In this document: positions 57,200 to 64,000 of the stretch, piece after piece | How positions within the stretch are numbered: position 1 is the first letter of the stretch | Layout of the letters: each line of letters begins with the position of its first letter | IMG/VR virus record: IMGVR_UViG_2929701070_000001 | Span: 32,001 to 96,000 of that record | Strand: one strand, 5' to 3' | Length of the DNA stretch: 64,000 nt | Source of the DNA: a virus | Lineage: Duplodnaviria > Caudoviricetes | Notes under the pieces: model-generated | Databases searched by the model: none | What the model was told of the DNA's origin: nothing | Seen by the model: the letters and a program-made list of their open reading frames with translations, nothing else | Program-made: the position numbers and the translations under genes

Positions 57200-58804
57200 A
57201 TGTCCAAGTTCAACTCCACCGCCACCCGACCGTCAGGCGTCTCGCCGATCGTCGCCGACACGCGGCCGACCGGCACCACCCACGAGGGCGGCCCCGGCTA
57301 CGCCCGTGACGCCAAGTCCGAACTGTTTCTGCTGGCTGTCACCAACATGGTCGGCGAGAAGACCTTCTACGAATCCGCCGAGGCGCGTGACGAGCGGTTC
57401 GAGCGGCTGGTCCGCCAGGTCGCCGTCGCTGACCCGGCCTGGACCGCCCGGTTCCTGCCCTGGCTGCGCAACGGCGCGAACCTGCGCTCCGCGTCGCTGG
57501 TCGGCGCGTTGGAGGCCGCGAAGGGGATGCTCACTGCGAGCATCCCCGGCTCCCGCGCCGTCGTCGCGTCCGTGCTCCAGCGCGCCGACGAGCCCGGTGA
57601 GGCCCTGGCCTACTGGACCAGCCGCTACGGCCGGGCGATCCCGAAGCCGGTGAAGCGGGGCATCGCCGACGCGCTGCTGCGCCTGTACACGGAGCGTTCG
57701 CTGCTCAAGTACGACACCGCCAGCCATGGCTTCCGGTTCGGTGACGTGATCGATCTCGTGCACCCGGTCGCCGACGCCCGGTGGCGCGGTGCCCTGTTCG
57801 CGGAGGCGTTGAACCGACGGCACAACCGCGGGTGGGCGGTCGACGCGGATCTGCTTCCGACGCTGGCGTACAACGCGACCCTCCGCGAGTTCGCCGCTGA
57901 GGACCCGTCGCGCCTGCTCGACGCGGGCAAGCTCCAACGGGCCGGCATGACCTGGGAGGACGTGCTGTCCCTCGCCGGGTCAAAGGTCGACAAGGCGAGG
58001 TTGTGGGAGGCACTGATCCCGTCGATGGGCTACATGGCGCTGCTGCGCAACCTGCGTAACTTCGACCAAGCCGGCGTGTCCGACGAGGTGGCGCAGACCG
58101 TGGCGGCGCGGCTGGCCGACCCGCAGCAGGTCGTGAGGTCGCGGCAGATGCCGATGCGGTTCCTGTCGGCGTACCGGGCGGCGCCGTCGCTTCGCTGGTC
58201 GTACCCGCTGGAGCAGGCCCTGGGCTACGCGCTGGGCAACATTCCGTCCCTGCCCGGTCGGACGCTGGTCATGGTGGACACGTCGGGCAGCATGAACGCC
58301 GGCTTCTCCAAGGATGGCACCCTCATGCGGTGGGACGCTGCGGTCATCTTCGGGGTGGCGCTCGCCCAGCGCTGCGACACCGCGGACGTCGTGTCGTTCT
58401 CCGGCCGGATGTGGGGCGACCCGACGGGCGTCGCGACGAAGGTGTTCCCGACGCAGGACGGTGAGTCGCTGCTGCGCTCAATCGAGCGGTGGAAGACCGG
58501 CGGCTGGTTCATCGGCGGGGGCACCGACACTGCGGCGGCGTTGAGCAAGCACTTCGCCGGTCACGACCGGGTGGTCGTGCTGACCGACGAGCAGGCCACC
58601 GTGGGCGGCAACGTGTCCCGGTCGGTGCCGGATCAGGTGCCGATGTACACGTGGAACTTGGCGGGCTACCAGCACGGCCACGCCCCGTCAGGGTCGCGTA
58701 ACCGGCACACGTTCGGGGGGCTCTCCGACGCCGCGTTCCGCATGATCCCGCTCATCGAGGCGGGCCGCAACGCCGACTGGGACGCCATCTTCGGCCCGTT
58801 CTGA
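57200..58804 (+). CDS. rsr: Ro60/Rsr orthologue (TROVE + vWA RNA-binding protein)
   Basis: THEGG.GY, FYE, QRADEPGE, LLKYD, GYMALLRNLRNF, MIDAS VDTSGSM, GGTDT, VLTDEQ, GG.SD..F. Confidence 0.93.
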   Translation: MSKFNSTATRPSGVSPIVADTRPTGTTHEGGPGYARDAKSELFLLAVTNMVGEKTFYESAEARDERFERLVRQVAVADPAWTARFLPWLRNGANLRSASLVGALEAAKGMLTASIPGSRAVVASVLQRADEPGEALAYWTSRYGRAIPKPVKRGIADALLRLYTERSLLKYDTASHGFRFGDVIDLVHPVADARWRGALFAEALNRRHNRGWAVDADLLPTLAYNATLREFAAEDPSRLLDAGKLQRAGMTWEDVLSLAGSKVDKARLWEALIPSMGYMALLRNLRNFDQAGVSDEVAQTVAARLADPQQVVRSRQMPMRFLSAYRAAPSLRWSYPLEQALGYALGNIPSLPGRTLVMVDTSGSMNAGFSKDGTLMRWDAAVIFGVALAQRCDTADVVSFSGRMWGDPTGVATKVFPTQDGESLLRSIERWKTGGWFIGGGTDTAAALSKHFAGHDRVVVLTDEQATVGGNVSRSVPDQVPMYTWNLAGYQHGHAPSGSRNRHTFGGLSDAAFRMIPLIEAGRNADWDAIFGPF

Positions 58805-58816
58805 CCGACCGCACAC

Positions 58817-58862
58817 GACGCGCCGGCTGCCATCCCTTCCACGGGGTGGCAGCCGGCGCGTC
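58817..58862. terminator. Bidirectional terminator between convergent genes
   Basis: 20-bp stem GACGCGCCGGCTGCCATCCC/GGGGTGGCAGCCGGCGCGTC. Confidence 0.75.
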
Positions 58863-58872
58863 TTCGTTCGTT

Positions 58873-59820
58873 CTACCGCCGCAACAGTTCGGCGACCTGC
58901 TCGGGGCTGCGGGCATCCCGCTGCTCGCCTGCCTGCCCGGCGACGAGTTCCGCCACCTCCGTCTCGCTGTACATCTGCCCACAGTTGCCGCACTCGGCGT
59001 ACTCCTCGCCGCCCTCACGGGCCAGCCGCGACACCTCCCGGCACTTGCCGCAGGCGACACCGATCCACCGACGCGGTGCCGGGTCGGTGTCGCCGACGGC
59101 GCCGCGCAGCCAGCCCCGCAACTCCCACAGTTCCGCTGCGGTGGCCGCAATGCTGGGATGCCGGTCGCAGGCGTCTTGGATGCGTGTTCCGGGCGTGTCG
59201 TCGGTGGAGCCGGCGCGGATCCACGCCACCAGTTCGGGGACGGTGGCGACGGGCAGATGCTGGTCGGGCCACAGGGTGTCCCGCCAGTCCCTGACGATTT
59301 CGTAGAGGCGGGAGGCGACGGACAGGTGGCCGATCTGGTCGCCGGGCCACTGCCGGGCAACGTCGGTGGGGTTGGGTACGCGGGCGGGTGCGGTCAGGTC
59401 GACGGTGTCTAGGTTGATCGGCACGGATCGTTGTCGGCTGCCGGACACGTGTGGCTGGTTGGTGCGGCCGGGGATGGCGCCGACGCCTCCGATGGGGGCG
59501 AGCGGGTCAGCCCAGCGGGTTTCGCGTCTGCCCTGCTGGTCGAGCACCTGGTAGCGGCGTCGGTCGGCTTCCACGGGTTCCGGGTTCAGTAGCCGCTCGT
59601 GCAGCCCGTACAGGTCGCGGATCATCAGGTCGAACCGCTGTCGGCAGCCTTCACACACCGGCGGGTGTTCCGGCTGCCGGGCAGCGAGGTTGGGTCGGAA
59701 AACGTCGCAGAGGTCGCAGAGGGTTCGGCCGCAGCCGGCCGACCCGCATCCGCCGGGTGTGGTGCAGGCAGCGTCTAAGCCGCCGGTGTGGCAGCCGCAG
59801 TTCGTGGGGCAGGCCGGCAT
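58873..59820 (-). CDS. Zn-finger protein of the type often found before late operons of actinobacterial prophages
   Basis: N-terminal Cys cluster, VSGSR...P.NL..VDL, C-terminal CGKC...CGNCG. Confidence 0.6.
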   Translation of the reverse strand: MPACPTNCGCHTGGLDAACTTPGGCGSAGCGRTLCDLCDVFRPNLAARQPEHPPVCEGCRQRFDLMIRDLYGLHERLLNPEPVEADRRRYQVLDQQGRRETRWADPLAPIGGVGAIPGRTNQPHVSGSRQRSVPINLDTVDLTAPARVPNPTDVARQWPGDQIGHLSVASRLYEIVRDWRDTLWPDQHLPVATVPELVAWIRAGSTDDTPGTRIQDACDRHPSIAATAAELWELRGWLRGAVGDTDPAPRRWIGVACGKCREVSRLAREGGEEYAECGNCGQMYSETEVAELVAGQAGEQRDARSPEQVAELLRR

Positions 59821-59928
59821 GGTGGTCGTTCTCCGTTCACGGTGGGTACGCTGACGGGGAACTTCGCGGGGGTCGCGAGGGGGCACGGTAGGCGGCGGTC
59901 GGATGGGCAGTCCGACCGCCGCCGTCGT

Positions 59929-60999
59929 CTATCTGCGCCGACGGCGCCGGCCGTCGAGCCGGTCCTTCGGCGGGCCGGTGTTGCGCCGCTTCTTCGCTTC
60001 GATCGCCCGCAACATCGGGTCGTCCAGCGGCTCATCCCGTTCCGGTGCGGCGGGGCAGCGAGCGAAGTCGACTCCCTCCCGCAGCCCGTGCTCGGCCAGG
60101 ATGGCGGCCTCGCGGCCGTTCACCAGCGGGCGGAAGCCGAGCCGCACGAACTGCGCTTGCACGGCGGCCGACACGCCGAACCGGCGCGGCTGGCTGACCT
60201 GCATCGCCATTATCTGCTCGACCATGTCTCGCTGCCAGGCGGACAACTGCCCGCCCCACTGCCGCAAGAACTGCTCTGCCGCTTCGGCTACAGGCCGGAG
60301 GCTTTCCCGCGACGCCCGGACGACAGCGGCGAGGCTGCCCGCTGACACGTCCACAGCATGCACCGGCTGGTTGTGGAAGGCGCGGCGCGCTCGGGTGATG
60401 GCCGGACGGTACCCTGCCAGTTCGGCCATCAGTTCGTCGCTGGACGGGCGAACAACCACCACGGCCTGGCCGTGCGAGAGCGCAGCGGCCATCACGTCGG
60501 CCCACGGGTCTTCGGTCTCATCGATGTATCCCACGTCGGACCAGCCCGCCCACGGGTCGTAACCCTTCGCTGGGTCGGTCAGTTCCTGCTCCAGCCGCTG
60601 CCACGCCTCACGCACACGCCCGACCAGTTCGTCCGTGATCGGGTCCTGCCGGCCGCCTACGTTCGGGAGGTCGACGCCGACGAAGCGGTGGCCGTCGTCC
60701 AGCCGCAGATGCCACACCGCCGGGTCTGACGCCCGCTCGTACACCTGCGCGTTGAAGCGGCCCGTGTAGCCGTGCGTTTCCGACCCGAGCGGGATCAGGT
60801 CGGTGTCATCAGAGGCCGTCACCAAGTCGGGCCGCCACCGCATCGGCGTGGACAGCCAACCAGTGTCGCGTTCGTCGGTGTCGTTTGAGATGTGGGTGGG
60901 TTCGCAGTCCGACCCGCAGTACGCCGACCCTTCCCGCGGTTCGGCGCCGCACGGGCATAGCCCGTCGATCGCCCGGTCGATCTGGTCGAGAAGACTCAT
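59929..60999 (-). CDS. Hypothetical protein
   Basis: N-terminal CPCG...YC..DC; C-terminal AIEAK..RNTGP. Confidence 0.6.
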   Translation of the reverse strand: MSLLDQIDRAIDGLCPCGAEPREGSAYCGSDCEPTHISNDTDERDTGWLSTPMRWRPDLVTASDDTDLIPLGSETHGYTGRFNAQVYERASDPAVWHLRLDDGHRFVGVDLPNVGGRQDPITDELVGRVREAWQRLEQELTDPAKGYDPWAGWSDVGYIDETEDPWADVMAAALSHGQAVVVVRPSSDELMAELAGYRPAITRARRAFHNQPVHAVDVSAGSLAAVVRASRESLRPVAEAAEQFLRQWGGQLSAWQRDMVEQIMAMQVSQPRRFGVSAAVQAQFVRLGFRPLVNGREAAILAEHGLREGVDFARCPAAPERDEPLDDPMLRAIEAKKRRNTGPPKDRLDGRRRRRR

Positions 61000-61271
61000 G
61001 CCTGCCCTCCGTGTGGTGACACCGCGTACATGATGCCTGATGATCCCTCATCTATGAGGTGTTCGGGTTGGTTTGCCGCGTCGAACAGGTCCGGCCCGTC
61101 CTGCGCCGCGGCGGCGGGCTGGGCGATGCGCGGTTGCCGGGGTGGGATGAGTCCGCGCCGCCGCGCGCACTTCTCCCCAAACCCTGGCCCGTACACCCGC
61201 CCTGTCGGGACCGGCCGGTGGCAGCAGGAGCATTGGCGGGGGAGTGCGCCCGGCAGCAGCGGCTCCGTCAT
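60996..61271 (-). CDS. DUF6011-like Zn-finger protein
   Basis: C..C.RP...GFG.KCARR; GPDLFD. Confidence 0.55.
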   Translation of the reverse strand: MTEPLLPGALPRQCSCCHRPVPTGRVYGPGFGEKCARRRGLIPPRQPRIAQPAAAAQDGPDLFDAANQPEHLIDEGSSGIMYAVSPHGGQA

Positions 61272-61283
61272 TGCGTCCATCCG

Positions 61284-63252
61284 TCAAACCGGTGCGGTCG
61301 CCCAGGGGCCAACGGCGCGGTAGACGACCTCACCGCCGAGTTCCGCTGCACGCTGCCGCGCACCGGCTTCGGTGAAGCTGCCGCCGTCCACGAACCCGTC
61401 TGGGTAGCGCACCGACCACTGGTGGGCGATGACCGGGGCGAGTCCTTGTCCGCGCTCGACAAGGGTGTTCAGTACGTCGCGTGCCTGGACCTCGTATGCC
61501 CGACGCGTCTCGGGCAGCATGTCCAGCCAGCGGGCGTGCATCGGTGGCGTGCGCAGGTGTGCGTGATTGGCTACGAGACGACGTTGTTCAGCGTCGAACA
61601 GGGCGCGGGCGGCCATCTCCACGTCGGCGTCGGTGTAGGCGGGTTGAGTCACGACGTCTCCTCAGCATTGGTCTGCGGGCTGGTTCGCGGTTTCACATCG
61701 CAGCCGTTGCGGCAGGTGCGTCCGTCGATCACCCAGCAGTGCGGGTTGAAGCAGCCAGGGCAGTCCTGCGGGGTGCAGATCCACGGCTGCTGCGACGGGC
61801 AGGCGGTGGCGGGTATGGCTGGCGCGGTGAGTGGGGTCGCTTGGTGCCGCTCACCGCGCACGACTGCGGTCGCCGGGCGTACGGTCACGAACCTTTGGGC
61901 ATGCCACTGGTTGTGCAGGTCGGCGATGTGCTCCGCGATTTCCTGCGACCACACCATGTCGGCGGCCATCGGCCCCCCGTTGAGCGGCCCTTGCCCGTTG
62001 GGGGAGACAGCCCAGCCGCCGATCTCGTCGTTGGGCACGGCCGTCCACCGGGCGGTCAGGATGTCGCTGGATCGGTCAGCCACGGTCGGCCTCCTCAATG
62101 GGGGTGGGCGCGGTGGACAGGAACAGTCGGTAATGCGTCGCGGACATGCCACCCGGCAGGTGAGACGGAACGGGCACGATCAGCCCGGCGCCGTGGTGCT
62201 CCCGCATCACCTGAACGTCGGGGAACAGGTCGAGCACGTGGTCGGCGATGCGGTATGCCCATTCCTGCGGGCCCGTGCCGCAGCCACATTCGGCGTCATG
62301 CACCCGCGTAGCGATCAGGTCCCGCACCTGCCGTCGGGCGGCTTCGCTGGCGCTGGTCACCGGCCTGCCTCGCTCCGCGCCCGGTCGTACGCCGCGGTGA
62401 GGCACTGCTGGTCGTCGCACAGCCGCGCCCCGACGATCCCGTCGTCGGTGGTGGCTGGTTTCCCGCACACCGCGCACACCCGCTGGTTGGTGTTCGTGCA
62501 GCCGGCGGCGGTGCAGCGGGCCACGTCGCCGTCCCACTCGACGGTGACGACGGGCCGCCCGTCCTCACCCTTGCGGTCGCTGTGTCCAGGCGTCGGGCAC
62601 GCCCAGAACTTGACTCGGATCGAGCCGAGCGCTTCCAGGGCGGCGTCGATGGCGCGCACATCGTCGGCGCCGGTCGACTCTCCCGCCCGCTCCCACGGGG
62701 TGGTGTGCTGGTGTCGGCGTACGAGCTCGGCGGAGCCGCGCCAGCCGGGATCCTCGGCGCGCTTCTGCTCGTGCCACGCAATCCGGGCCAGCGCCCGCTC
62801 GCGGCCGGTGGGAACATCGGGCTCCTGCACGACGACGCTGTCCCGGAGCACCCGGGAAGCCCACTGCTCGACGGTGTCAGTGCCAGTCGGCAGCATGAGG
62901 CCGGCGTGGGCGATGGCGTCCACAGCGAGGAACGCGTACCTCTCGGCTTCCTGCACCGGCACGCCCGCCCACATGATGGCTTGCCGGGCGGCGGCAACAG
63001 CGTTGACACGGTTCCAGTCGATCGGGTCGGTGTCAGCGGCGGCCGGCTCGGTCACGGCTTCACCTCGGCGGTCGGGCGGTCGCCGGCCATCGCAAGGCCG
63101 AGTTGGAGCGTGTCGTGGAGTGTCTGTGCGCGGTGCGGGTCCTGCGGCGCCATCACGGTCAGGGCTGCTTCCACGCCCTTGAAGTCGCCGGCCGCGAGGG
63201 CGGCGCGGAAGATTCGTTCGCAGGTGTCGGGGTCAAACGGGTTGGTGGTCAC
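61284..63252 (-). other. Coupled hypothetical genes (61284-61652, 61649-62083, 62076-62360, 62357-63055, 63052-63252)
   Basis: Overlapping start/stop codons; several CxxC motifs. Confidence 0.6.
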
Positions 63253-63877
63253 GGCGCGGCTCCTCGGGTGTGGTTGAGTGGTTGGTCTTCTTGCCGAGCA
63301 GGTACGCGAGCCGGTCGCGGCTCGGCATGGTCGTGGTCCGCGCTTCCGGGTTGATGAGGATGATGGACATCCGCCGGCGGTGCGCCTTCTGCACGGCGGA
63401 GAATGTGCCGCCGTCACGCTTCGACGGCTGCCACACCGCCACGCACGCGTCAGCAGCCGGCAGGTTTCTCGCGGGGTCACCAGCGAGCATCCCGTCGTTG
63501 CGCTTGTGCAGCAGCACCGTCGCCAGCCGCCGACGGTCACTGTCCGCCGCCTCGTTCAGGTCGCCGTACACGACCTCGCCGGCGGCCATCCCCACCAGAG
63601 TCACCCATTCGGCTTGGGCGGCTTGCGGCCACCTGTCGGGCTGCTGCGGGTAAGGGATGTGCGCGATGAACGGCACGTCGATGCGGTGCAGGCTCCGCGC
63701 CCACCACTGGTCGGGGCCTAGCGCCATCCCCGTGTAGCCGCGTCCCATGGCGTGCTCGTCACGCAGCTTCACGGCGACCCGGTCAAGTTCGCCGCGCACC
63801 CACTCGTGTGTTTCCTTCCGCATGTGCTGGGGGCGGTGGCCGGTCACCATCACCGTCTCCCACACCGGCGCCGTCAC
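63233..63877 (-). CDS. SLOG-family (YspA/DUF1273-like) protein
   Basis: TGHRP, TGMALG.DQW.A, IPY..Q..RW, RN..ML, GGT...V..A. Confidence 0.8.
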   Translation of the reverse strand: MTAPVWETVMVTGHRPQHMRKETHEWVRGELDRVAVKLRDEHAMGRGYTGMALGPDQWWARSLHRIDVPFIAHIPYPQQPDRWPQAAQAEWVTLVGMAAGEVVYGDLNEAADSDRRRLATVLLHKRNDGMLAGDPARNLPAADACVAVWQPSKRDGGTFSAVQKAHRRRMSIILINPEARTTTMPSRDRLAYLLGKKTNHSTTPEEPRRDHQPV

Positions 63878-64000
63878 GACGCACCCCCACTGATGACAGC
63901 GAACCGAGGCCGGGGCGTGACGGCGGTCGGCACCTCAGCGAGCGGCACGTCAGGCGACACAAAGAGACGAAGGTTCGGCCGCTCCCACGCCTCTACCTCC

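Overview
High-GC actinobacterial (probably Micromonosporaceae-like; inferred from gene families only) temperate siphovirus or phage-plasmid. From left to right: (i) 1-9 kb, a plasmid/AICE-type module with a TraB/FtsK translocase, a GIY-YIG protein, a candidate acr-aca2 operon with operator palindrome, a minimal kinase, XRE + DUF397 and a lipoprotein; (ii) 9-20 kb, a minus-strand early/anti-defence-like array (DUF3560, a 940-aa polyvalent-type protein, Zn-finger proteins) with repeated A/C-rich leaders and three unrelated proteins sharing a C-terminal FADL(L/A)AAR peptide; (iii) ~20.1-20.3 kb, a candidate packaging (cos) region; (iv) 20.3-23.5 kb, small minus-strand genes; (v) 23.6-56.6 kb, a complete late operon (HTH, HNH, HslV-like peptidase, terS, inserted HNH, terL that appears to need translational recoding at CTT-TGA-C-CTC, portal, minor head, scaffold, decoration, capsid, neck, tail tube, frameshifted chaperones, tape measure, Dit/Tal-like, a PhoD-domain tail-region protein, endolysin, holin); (vi) 56.8-58.8 kb, three tandem Y RNAs (two tRNA-mimicking YrlA-type, one minimal) followed by a Ro60/TROVE gene; (vii) 58.9-64 kb, minus-strand middle genes including a SLOG/YspA protein. 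No integrase, att site, replication gene or CRISPR array is visible. All product calls come from motif recognition by eye, not database searches.
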